Of a stretch of 28,807 nt of DNA, positions 13,511-24,193 are shown one piece after another. The notes below the pieces were generated by a model that saw only the letters and a list, made by a program, of their open reading frames with translations, had not been told where the DNA came from and made no database searches. Within the stretch, counting starts at the first letter, position 1; each line of letters starts with the position of its first letter. Made by a program: the position numbers and the translations under genes. The DNA lies in contig JAPEUD010000026.1 in the NCBI GenBank assembly GCA_026026165.1, positions 248,001 to 276,807 on the forward strand, given 5' to 3'. This DNA comes from Sarea resinae (lineage: Eukaryota).

Positions 13511-14171
13511 ATGGCATATACCATCAGCAGAAGGCAGGACACGCAAGATTATGGGGATGGTCCAGGTGGCTACTGGTGGTATTCCCAGGTAAGCTGCATT
13601 GCTCACCCAATTGGGCCATCACTGACAGTGTTCAAGTCTGCTGTGGCTGTTCGATGGGCAATCGCTTTAGTGGTCATTTTTCTCTTCATATTCTGGATAC
13701 TGGGCGGCTATTATCATGCCCAATGGCGGATGAAACATGGACAGCCTCCACTGCTGTATCACAAGGTATGCGCTCACAGCCACCTTCAGGATCATGCTAA
13801 ATAGATACAGTGGCTCATCCCGAGGGCTCAACTTTCACGCTTCGAGTCCCACCGTCGCCAGGCTCAAGACCAATTTTCTTTCTATCGAGCTCAGGGGAAT
13901 GATGGCGGAGATGGTTATGATATGCGGCCTGACATGGGCGCTCCTCCACGTTAGTCGACCTTGAGCTTGAAGATCTCAATAGACTGACTTGAATAAAGCT
14001 TATAATCCAAACTTGGCACCGCCACCAACTTATCAGCCTCCCACTGGCGCTTCAAAAGTTGACCCCGTCCAGGCAACTTACGTATCATCCCCACCATTAG
14101 CAGGGCCATCTCAGAATGGTCGCGAATCTGCAGGTGCATCTGATCTCTCTCTACCACGTCCTATCCATTAA
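13511..14171 (+). CDS. RCR-family (Rcr1/2-like) single-pass membrane protein with PY motifs, ~172 aa, 4 exons
   Basis: Exons 13511-13588, 13637-13765, 13811-13949, 13999-14171. WWYS..VRW precedes one TM helix (AIALVVIFLFIFWILGGYY), then HAQWRMKHGQPPLLYHKWL and a cytosolic tail with PPPY and PPTY motifs of the Rsp5 WW-ligand type. Confidence 0.78.
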
Positions 14172-14558
14172 ACGGGCCAGCTGCGATGCCAGAAGGAGCT
14201 ATCAGTATTCCTTCAATATGCATCTTCCGGATCCAAATGGCATACAAGCTAGGAGCTTGCTGGCGTTATGGAGCTTGTTATGGACTTCGCTGGACGCTAT
14301 GATAGGTCTTCGTTTTACTTGTATTTTCTCAGGCCGCCTTTTTATTGCTTGAAAGCATCGTGTGTTCAGAGCGTCAGTGTAATGCAGCATAAGAAGTTCT
14401 CTACACACTTGATATCTTGTTGATCCAACTTTATCTTGGAAGACACGTCAACGATGGGCTTAGGATAAAGTATTCAAAACATCGGAAGTAGAGGTTTCTT
14501 ATGAGTTCTAGGACATGAGATACGCTACATCTCAAAACCCCCAGTATAGAGGTACGTC

Positions 14559-15265
14559 TCAACCAATATCCATCGCGTCTTCATCTCGAGGAAGGGTGTT
14601 GATCATATCGACGCTGCCAGACTTGACCTCATTCATTTGCTGAGCCGTCCCAGGCTCTGCCCCCTGACCTTGTTTCTGTACTATCTGCTCCGCTCCGCCA
14701 CGCACATTGTGCCCGTTCAACTGGGAATCTTGTAGTTCCTGGGCTTGCTTGTCTTGCGCTCTTCGTCTTGCCTCTAAGAAGGCTTTACGTACACTGTCCT
14801 GATCTTCAGGAATGGATATCGAGGCCGGAATGTTGTAGAGAACGAGCTCGTTATTCCCTACTTTCGGAGGATTGTGCCCCGTCAGGACCGACTTGGGGAT
14901 TTTGGCCATGCGCTTCTCGATATCCGGGAGAAAGATGAGCTTCTCTTCGTCGGACTCGATTCCTGCTAGCTCCTCATCCAGGTTGTAGATGTAGACCTTG
15001 TCTTTGGTGTCGTCCATCTGCATGGCGTCATTGTCGGCCTTGGAGGGAATCGGGCTGCTTGGCGGGGCATGCTGCACCGGGAGGTAGAGTTTGCCATTGT
15101 TTTCTAGAAGCAGTCGGATTAGTCGGAATGCATCGAGATCGAGGGAGACGGGATGTTTTGCTGCCCACCGAGATTCAGTAGCCCTAATCTCTTCACCAAC
15201 CGTTGGTCGTTGTCGAGATTGTCTTGAGCTGGTCGTTTCACGCCGCGGGGATCGCCTTCCATCAT
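14559..15265 (-). CDS. Conserved fungal hypothetical protein, ~213 aa, 2 exons
   Basis: Exons 15265-15169 and 15103-14559; intron GTGGGC..CTAAT..TAG. Splicing gives MMEGDPRGVKRPAQDNLDNDQRLVKRLGLLNL-ENNGKLYLPV. The core MDDTKDKVYIYNLDEEL..LIFLPDIEK..ELVLY..QDSVRKA..EAR looks like a conserved Pezizomycotina family of unknown function (from recall). Confidence 0.75.
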
Positions 15266-15588
15266 CCCTCATCTACATGACAACGTAATTTCTCCTTCCG
15301 CAAAAGCAAAGTCGAACCAATTGATCTTCGCATCTGCTGGGAATAAATCGCTGGACAAGAAGTTGCCTATCGAAGAAGCAACCTCGGTCCGCCAATAACG
15401 CCTGGTTGATGCGAGGGGTGGAAGTGTCCAGAAGTTGCGGACTTAGGTTGAGTCACAGTCACCCTCACCGGCACCGCAGCGGTTTTTCGATCCTCCAGCT
15501 CTTCCGCAAAACTACCACAACCAATTCTCCGCTCATCGCGCCCAACAGAGGATTCTTGCATGGGCGGAGCACAGTTCGACATTTCAAC
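15266..15588. promoter_or_regulatory. Compact bidirectional promoter region between the hypothetical gene and ALA1
   Basis: Divergent start codons at 15265 (-) and 15409/15589 (+) are only 143-323 bp apart. Confidence 0.6.
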
Positions 15589-18500
15589 ATGACTTCTGTA
15601 ATAAATGAGCAGCACCAGTGGAGTGCGCTGCGCGTGCGCCAGACTTTCCTGGATTATTTCAAGAACAATGGGCATACCTTTGGTGCGCGACTCTCCTCAT
15701 ATGACCCCGCACACTGCGACTGACCATGTCGAAATATCAGTCCCATCGTCGTCCGTCGTCCCTCTCTCCGATCCTACTCTTCTCTTTACCAACGCTGGCA
15801 TGAACCAGTACAAGTCCATCTTCCTGGGCACCGTGGACCCGCAATCCGACTTTGCGCAACTCAAGCGTGCCGTCAATTCGCAGAAAGTATGGCCCCCATC
15901 ACTGTGAATAAAGTGCAAAGCTAATTTGTGCTCAGTGTATCCGTGCAGGAGGCAAGCACAACGTGAGTTTGATATTCTTGTCGGCGCACGATGCAGTGAC
16001 TCACGTCTTATAGGACCTTGATGATGTTGGGAAAGACAGCTATCACCATGTGAGTATGGGCCGGGTCGATCAGATGCCAGACGGAGTATTGACAACTATA
16101 GACTTTCTTTGAGATGCTTGGAAACTGGAGTTTCGGGGACTATTTCAAGAAAGAGGCCATACAATTCTCTTGGGATTTGCTCACAAAGGTCTACGGACTG
16201 CAACCGGACCGGCTATACGTGACATATTTTGAAGGGAACGAAGCTGGAGGTCTCGAGCCTGATACCGAGTCGAAAGAGCTCTGGAAGGCGGTCGGTGTGG
16301 CTGACGATCACATCCTCCCGGGAAACATGAAGGATAACTTTTGGGAAATGGGCGATCAGGGTCCGTGTGGCCCTTGCAGCGAGGTTCACTACGACAGAAT
16401 AGGAGGCCGAAATGCCGCGCATCTTGTGAATCAGGATGATCCGAATGTTCTGGAGATTTGGAACAATGTGTTCATCCAGTACAATCGTGAGCCGGATAGG
16501 TCTCTGCAGCCATTACCGAACAAGCACGTTGATACTGGAATGGGTTTCGAGAGACTGGTGTCCGTTCTCCAAGACAAGATGTCCAATTATGATACGGATG
16601 TCTTCACGCCATTGTTCAAGACCATACAAGATATCACAGGTGCTCGCGAGTACCGGGGGAAGTTTGGTGATGAGGATCCGGATGGCATTGACACTGCTTA
16701 TCGGGTGGTGGCAGACCACGTCCGCACGCTCACTTTCGCTATTTCGGATGGGGGTTCCCCAAACAATGAAGGCCGAGGGTACGTCGTGCGCAGAATCCTC
16801 CGGAGAGGTGCTCGTTATGCGCGAAAATACTTCAACACGGACATAGGCACCTTCTTCTCGAGAATTGTCCCCACTCTGGTCCAGCAGATGGGTGACATGT
16901 TTCCGGAAATCAAGAAGAAAGAGGCCGACGTAAAAGAGATCCTTGATGAAGAAGAGGAGTCGTTCTCGAAGACGCTAGATCGGGGAGAGAGGATGTTCGA
17001 ACACTACGCTCAACAATGCAAGCTTCATGATACCAAAAACCTCCACGGTGCAGATGTGTGGCGCTTGTACGATACTTTCGGTTTCCCCGTGGATCTGACA
17101 CGACTAATGGCTGAGGAACGAGGACTGGATATCAATGAGAAGGAGTTCGAGGACGCCCAGGCCAAGGCAAAGGAAGCAAGTAGAGGCGAAAAGAAGGCTG
17201 CTTCTGACCTGGTGAAGCTTGATGTTCACGATCTTGGCAAGCTTGAGAAGATGAATGATGTCCCAAAGACAGATGATTCAACTAAGTTTGGTGAGTAGCT
17301 GGCCCAGCTGTGATTTGCCCTTGCATTTTTTTAACCGTCTTCTAGGAAAGGAGAACATCACGTCGCAGATTAGGGCTATCTACCATGCAAAGGACTTTCT
17401 CAAATCTACGGAGGAGATCCCAGAAGGGGAACAACTAGGACTCATACTCGACCGCACCAATTTCTATGCAGAGCAGGGTGGCCAGGAGTATGATACCGGC
17501 AAGATCCTGATCGACGGAGTTGCCGAGCTGGAGGTGCAGAACGTTCAAGTGTACGCTGGCTACGTCTTGCACACTGGCTTCATGAAATACGGCAAACTCT
17601 CTGTGGGCAACGAGGTGATTTGCGAATATGACGAAGTAGAATTCCCCTCCCAGCATCATTATCTAAAGAAAGCAATTACTGACTGCGCACGCGACAGCTC
17701 CGACGCTGGCCCATCCGAAACAACCATACGGGAACGCACATCCTCAACTTCGCGCTCCGCGAAGTCCTCGGTGACGGCATCGACCAAAAGGGCTCCCTTG
17801 TCGCCGCCGAAAAACTGCGCTTCGACTTCTCGCACAAAGCAGGGGTCTCGGACGCAGACCTTGCCAAGATCGAAGATATCTGCTCGGCTTACATCACGAA
17901 GAATGCAACTGTCTACGCCAAGGACGTGCCGCTCGCGACGGCGCGCGAGATCGAAGGCGTCCGCGCCGTCTTCGGTGAGACGTATCCGGATCCCGTGCGC
18001 GTTGTCTCCGTCGGGACGGACGTCGACACCATCCTCAAGGACGTCAAGAACCCGGCCTGGCACAAGCTCAGCCTCGAGTTCTGCGGCGGCACCCACGTGC
18101 AGAAGACGGGCGATATCAAGGCCCTAGTCATCATCGAGGAGAGCGGCATCGCCAAGGGTATCCGTCGCATCATCGCCGTCACGGGCGAGGAAGCCCACGC
18201 CGTTCAGCGCGTCGCCCAGGATTTCGCCGCGCACCTCGACAGGCTCGAAGCGATGCCGCACGGCGCGGAGAAAGAAGCGGCCGTCAAGTCGACGCAGACG
18301 CAGCTGAACGAGCTCGCCGTGTCCGCCATCACCAAGTCCTCCCTCCGGGACCGCTTCGGCAAGATCCACAAACAGGTGCTGGACGCGCAGAAGGCGAAGC
18401 AGAAGGCCGAGTCCAAGAAGGCCGTCGATGCCGTCGTGTCGTACTTTGCCGACCCGGCGCACAAGGACGCCTCGACGCTCGTCGTGCGGTTGCCGATCCC

Positions 18501-18813
18501 CGCCAACGCCAAGGCCGTCGGCGAGGCCCTGAACCACGTCAAGAGCAAGGCCAAGGATAAATCCGTCTACGTGTTCGCGGCCGACGACGAACCCGTGTCC
18601 GAAGATGCCCGCGTCGCGCACGGCTGCCATGTCTCCGAGGCCGCGGCCAAGAAGGGCGCCTCTGCTTCCGAGTGGGCCAAGGTCGTGTGCGGCTTCGTTG
18701 GCGGCAAGGCCGGCGGCAAGGCCCCGACGGCGATTGGGAATGGCACCGAGGTCTCCGAGGTCGACAAGGCGGTCGAGGCCGCGCGCAAGTATCTTGACGA
18801 TCTGAGCTTGTAG
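15409..18813 (+). CDS. ALA1: Alanine--tRNA ligase; cytosolic form from ATG 15589 (~965 aa), probable mitochondrial form from ATG 15409 (+60 aa); 7 exons
   Basis: Exons 15409/15589-15682, 15741-15886, 15936-15962, 16014-16049, 16102-17290, 17346-17635, 17698-18813. Motifs [54 protein letters not shown], editing motifs NHTGTH and EFCGGTH, C-Ala GGKAGG. Confidence 0.97.
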
Positions 18814-18828
18814 ATAAGAAGCTCGTGC

Positions 18829-18908
18829 GGCTGGGGCTGGGACTGGGACTGGGGCTGGGGCTGGAGCGATCTTGTGCTCTGGTCTGGTCTGGTCTGGTCG
18901 GAGACAGA

Positions 18909-18940
<32 letters not shown>

Positions 18941-19070
18941 GCGTCGTCCAGTTAGACTCGAGCAAAAACGCAAGAAGAAGAATCAAATCTCTTTTCAATT
19001 TCTTCCGCCCATCATTTTGCTTGCTTGCTTACTTGCCCACTCACTCACTCACTCACTCACTGCGTTAGTC
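18829..19070. repeat. Compound microsatellite cluster downstream of ALA1: (GGGRCT)n, (TCTGG)n, (TG)12, (GCTT)n, (CACT)n
   Basis: Directly visible tandem units; (TG)12 at 18909-18932. Confidence 0.9.
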
Positions 19071-19223
19071 AGTCAACTACAGAAACGAAGGGAAATATCA
19101 GTACAGTATGCCGTGTTCGATTGATTTGAACCAGAGAGAAGGGGAACCTGATCGCTCGCTACCTGGTACGTGCGTGAGTATGTGAGTGGGTGAGCAGATC
19201 AAGGTGTGTAAGTGCGAGTGAGA

Positions 19224-19229
<6 letters not shown>

Positions 19230-19289
<60 letters not shown>
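19230..19289. repeat. (GA)30 microsatellite
   Basis: Perfect 60-nt GA dinucleotide run. Confidence 0.97.
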
Positions 19290-19291
<2 letters not shown>

Positions 19292-20731
19292 GGATACCAC
19301 TCTGAGCAAAGTGGCAGTTTCGGGAGGGAGAGGGGGAAGGGGGCATGAGATTTATAGAGCAGAGGAGACTATGCCACCGAGCATTTTTTTCGTGTTGGGT
19401 TGTGTCAACTTCACATATCGCTGCATACGGACCCGACGAAGTCTTGTTGTTATGCGATACGAGTGTGTATGTGTTCTGTCTGATATTTGCTTGCGTGTAA
19501 AACCAGAAGGGTGGCCATCTCCCATCCCTCCCTCCCTCCCTCCATCCATCCATCCATCCCTGCCGTCTTGTATTGATGGACTGCCCAAGCTCGCAGTTCG
19601 ACCTTCCAACCTCCCTACCTACCTAACTACCAGCCCCAACCAAAGAGATAGAGAAGAAGAGAAGACGGAAGGGAAAAGAGAGGAAAGAAAAGAAAAGAAA
19701 AGGAAAAGACAGCACGCCCCCGGCCCCAACACCAGTGTAGCATAACATGACATGACATAGCGCAACACAGCGCAACACACATGTGAAATTATCCCGTCCG
19801 CCTATATCCTTCCATCCCAACCCATTCCATTTCATACCATACCATACGTAGTATACCTCATTATTCCCACGCCACACCTTATCAGATGACCCTAAAACAA
19901 GATTTCCGGCACCGGACCTGGCCGGGCGGCAAAACGCTAAGATCGAATGGTCCCGTCCTATTGTGGTGAAATGAGGTAGATCATCACAGACGCAGAGATG
20001 ACGAGCAAAATGGGAAGATGACAATGAGAAAATGAGAACAGGAAAAAATGTCCGAGAAGTATATTTATAGTTCCCAGGAACGAACTTTCGAAGACTGCCT
20101 GAGCGGCCAGAGGAACAATTCGGAAGGATGTGAGGGTGATATGCCCACCGGCGAAGATCATTGGTCGAGGTGAGCTCCCATGGAAAGAGAAGCGCGAGAT
20201 GTGCGAGGGAGATTGTATGATATAGGTATAGATATCGGGAAATGCGATTTCCCTGGCCTTAGACTCGCGAGGCTTATTGTGTTCCTTTTCTGGCTGTTCG
20301 GTCGCATCTGAACTTCAGATCAGTCTTTTGTCGATGAGAACCAGCGGAGGGCGCGAATGGAAGTTGTCGGTTTGGTGATGGGAATGAGGCATGCGGATGG
20401 TTCGACGACTCAAGTAGCTAAGTCCGTAGCTGTAGGGCGTGAGGCAAGCTCGAAGTAAGGTGTAGCGTCATAGTGCATAGTATGTTGCACTCGACGTTAG
20501 TGTGAGATGTGAGTGGCGGCCGGCACGACATGCAAAACTGATCGTATAAAATACGCAAGATGCGGGATTGCCCGCTGAAACGGACGTGATGACAGTCGGA
20601 GAACGACGGGCTGGAACGAGAGAAAAAGGACACACGACGATGGCATGGGTATCGGTGAATCATATGTTCGCCTGAGAACGCCAAACAATCATCGAATCCA
20701 GAGGGCGCAAAACAACAAGAACGACGTAATT

Positions 20732-22163
20732 TCAGCCCGAGCCAGCTTCAAGTTGAGCAGGCGTGACAGATGAATTCGGAGCAGAAGGGACACCATCGCT
20801 AGAGGGTCCCTGACCATTCTCGGAATGGCGAGTGCGTCTGAGTCGACTAGGCACGCGAATCGAAGGCCAGCTCACGTTCCTAAACGGATTCGAGATTTGA
20901 GGCCGCCAGGAGCGGCGGGCGGTCACGTCAGATGAGGTGCCGGTGTAATTGCTGTGATGCTCAAGCTCTCGTCCTCTGGAAGCGTGACTGGCAGGTCCCC
21001 GGCCAGACCGCCCAGAAACTATCACCCTTGAGCCCCAGGGATATCGTCTTCCATTGATGAATGCGGCGGTTGGAGTTGCCAGCATAGGTCCCCGCGAACG
21101 GGAACGAGTCATGCCAACCACGCGTCGACCGGATCGGTTGGTATCATGAGCCGCGGCCGCTTCGCCCTCGGGGCGCGGCTTGGGTGTGTAATAATCTGCT
21201 TTGCACAGAGGACAGCAGGCTCGACGACTCGTTAACCAAGGATCCACACAGGCAGCATGGAATGCATGGCCACATGTAAGACCGCGAACATCGTTATCGT
21301 CATCCAAGGTGTCCAAGCAGATGGCGCATGTGTCCCCGGAGCTGTTGACCAGCTCCGGAGGGATCGCCGAATGGATATGTTCATCCTCCTCCTCTTCCTC
21401 ATCTTCCCCTTTGATGTCATCCGCTGGAGCCACGGTACTTGCCAGGGTGTCGGCCTTCTCCAGTTCTTCGACCACCGGCTCCTGTTCTTCGACTGTCATC
21501 TTGGAGAGTCGCTTATCCGAGTCTGCCGATGGCCCTTCTACCCCGGCTTCTATTTGCTTGATCGGATCTTCAGGTATCTCGTGAGCCGTAGAATCGTCAT
21601 CTCGAGTAGATGTTGCAACGACTGGCCGCGGGCCTTCATCGGAGCGGCGCAGGTCGCTGGTAGCTGAGATGATCCCATCTGCATCTCTGATGCTTCCCGG
21701 AGCACTTTCAGGAGCTATGATACCTCCTGCTGTCGACAAGCCTTCGCTCTCCCGAGAAGCTCTCCATGCTTTGTACTTGGTCGTTGGAAACCGCTCGTTC
21801 ACCTCATCCATCGTCATGAGCTTCTTCTCTCTCCTCCGTCGATGGGGTCGGGGCATTGTGGCCATGTCTATCGGTTGACCGTTCTCGGCATCCCTCAGCT
21901 GCTGGTTTCTTCGGTTGTATCTGTAGCAGTATTTGACGCCAACAATGATCCTGAAAGATACGCTTTAGCAGGAGGACCAGACGCGGCCATCAGACAGGGT
22001 CGCAAGCATACCATAGATTCGTAAATACAACACCAAATCCGAGAGCGACAAAGAATAACAACGGAGAATTGGTGCTGCCGTGGTGGCCGGAAGAGGTGGA
22101 CGTCTGGGTGGGCGCCGATGAGGTGGCCGACGGAGACGCCGTTGACGAAGGACTAGGATTCAT
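20732..22163 (-). CDS. Single-pass membrane RING-H2 E3 ubiquitin ligase, ~456 aa, 2 exons
   Basis: Exons 22163-22012 and 21950-20732; intron GTATGC..CAG. Ser/Thr-rich N-terminus, TM segment SPLLFFVALGFGVVFTNLWIIVGVKYC, RRRREKKLMTMDEVNERFP, RING-H2 CAIC..CGHAFHAAC..W..CPLC. Confidence 0.88.
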
Positions 22164-23111
22164 GATCGATCCTCAGAGTATGAGAGGCAGGAGTGGCGTT
22201 GACCCTCCCCCACAGGTCTGAGACCCACTCCGACGGTACTGGTCGGGAATTCTCAGGCAGCGCGGAGATGCTGCCTCCCAGCGTTCGATTTCAGGTCAGA
22301 GGAGAGAACAGCGCGACACAGACGCGCTTGCTCCAATTCAAAGTCGACGTGAGGAATCGTTGTCGGTTCGCATGCTACCGGTCCGAACGACGAGCTATCG
22401 TTGGAAGAGTGATGGATGATCGAGAACGGAAGTCGAAGGCTGGAAGAAGGGTGTGCCAAGGACGTTGCCGCTGACGAGCCGCTGTCCCGCCTTCAGGTGG
22501 GCGAGGTAAGGTAAGCTTTGGAGGCTGGAGGCTGGAGGCTTCGTAGGGCAGGGAAGTGAGCCAAGATCCGGGGCGGGAGGGGGCATCAACTAACTTCAGT
22601 CTGTTGCTCGTGCCGCATGTACGATTATGTACAGTGTTTGTGTGTGCATCTCCAGTCGTTTGTCATGGTGAGCGGGAGACCAAGAGTGGAGAAGATTATC
22701 CGCCCCTAAGCAACTGTTGCGACGATCGAGGCTCCTTGAGGAATAGTTGGCTCGTAGCGGGAATGGATTCGCCTTGTCTTGGTCCGCGACGACAGGTACT
22801 CGGAAATACTTCGTCCTTTGCATGAATCATCAATCAAAGAGTGAAGACGGACGACTGAAACAAGCCGAAAATGGCTGACGGAGAAGACGTGAAGCAGAGC
22901 AGAAGAGAACAGAGGGAGAAGAAGGACAGCGAAGAAGAAAGAGGGCCGAAAAGCTAAATGATGTATACAAACAATTCACTGTTGTCGAGCGTGGAATGAA
23001 TGGATGAAATTGTCTGCAGCCCTCAGCCAGTACTTGAGTGATACCTGCTCGCTATGTGAAGGACGACCACGACCAATACCTGAGGGAATCATCAGCTATT
23101 CTGCTGCCGAG

Positions 23112-23158
23112 AAATGTGACAAAGGTGACAAATGTGACCGAAAGTGACAGAAGTGACA
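23112..23158. repeat. Five GTGAC cores at 9-10 bp spacing in the RING / NTase-like divergent intergenic region
   Basis: GTGAC at 23116, 23125, 23134, 23144 and 23153, each preceded by an A-rich spacer. Confidence 0.8.
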
Positions 23159-23302
23159 AGTTGGGACTTTGACCAAGTAAGATAGACTGAATATCATCTC
23201 TTCACCTTCTTCTCCTATTTGAAATTCCTTTACCTTACGAATCCTTTGTGCAATCCGTGTAGTTCCTATCATCATCTGTCGCACGGCCGGCAAAGCAACC
23301 TC

Positions 23303-24103
23303 ATGATCATTACCAGATTCATCTCGCTCCGAGCCAGCTTCACTAAAAGGCTGTTGAAATGGAATACTCGACAGACTTCCAGCACGTTAACCTCAGATGG
23401 ACCGAACAGCAACGATCGCTATGGAGTGTGTGATATCCTGGCCGAGAAAGGTATTTCAAGCGTTATCTGGTTTGAGGATCTTTTAGCACTTTACGGCAGC
23501 GATACTCAAGTATGGGATCTCAAACTCCTCGTACAAGACCCTCGAGAGGCAGCAAATGTCCTTCTCCACGCTGGCTACAAGGAAACATCACACCAGCTGC
23601 ACTTCGATGAGGACCCCGAGTCAAGCAAACGAGGTGTTCGCATGGCTGTCACGTCATCTGAGACTGGTGTTATGCTGCTCCCCACACGCGACTGGTATCA
23701 TACTATGGACGAGGAGAGCACACGGAAATATGTCCCTTCCCTTCACAGCTTCATCGATTCCATGATCGAATTCTGGCTTAATATTTCCTCCCGCGATTAT
23801 GTGGATAGGGTGGGTTTTGCGCTCTACATTGGCTGTCTGATCAACTACTGCTACGCTCTCAAGGACGAGAATGGCGAACCTGTCCGAGATCCTGCATACG
23901 CAAACAAGCTCAAACCTGAACACCGAGAGCTGCATTACGATATCGTTGCAGATTGCCCTAGGAAGGATAGCTTTACAACTACACAACAACACCAGTACCA
24001 TACTAGAAGGAGCAGAGAGATTAAAGAAGGCCTTTTCACACCTCAACCACATCAAAAAAAAGATGCGTTCCGGGCGCCTTTGCCACCACTTATAGAGCAC
24101 TGA
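23303..24103 (+). CDS. Intronless hypothetical protein (~266 aa) with a degenerate nucleotidyltransferase-like N-terminal motif
   Basis: Open frame from the first ATG (23303) to TGA. VIWFEDLLALYGSDTQVWDLKLLV..AANVL..AGY follows the strand-helix-YG-x6-D-strand pattern of minimal NTases. Basic, acid-free N-terminus. Confidence 0.72.
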   Translation: MIITRFISLRASFTKRLLKWNTRQTSSTLTSDGPNSNDRYGVCDILAEKGISSVIWFEDLLALYGSDTQVWDLKLLVQDPREAANVLLHAGYKETSHQLHFDEDPESSKRGVRMAVTSSETGVMLLPTRDWYHTMDEESTRKYVPSLHSFIDSMIEFWLNISSRDYVDRVGFALYIGCLINYCYALKDENGEPVRDPAYANKLKPEHRELHYDIVADCPRKDSFTTTQQHQYHTRRSREIKEGLFTPQPHQKKDAFRAPLPPLIEH

Positions 24104-24193
24104 GGACAGGCACACAAGGTGCTAGAATACTTTCTCGCTGGAATCATCTTCGAACTCTGTTTCGATTTGACTCTGTGCCTTCGGTGTAGATGC

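Noticed and set aside
17659..18998. Antisense ORFs over ALA1 exon 7
   Set aside because: Expected shadows of GC3-rich coding sequence.
19098..19745. ORFs with (ER)n or (SL)n tracts
   Set aside because: Translations of the (GA)30 microsatellite.
23112..23158. Possible CRISPR-like or iteron array
   Set aside because: Units are only 9-10 bp with no unique spacers, and the context is eukaryotic.
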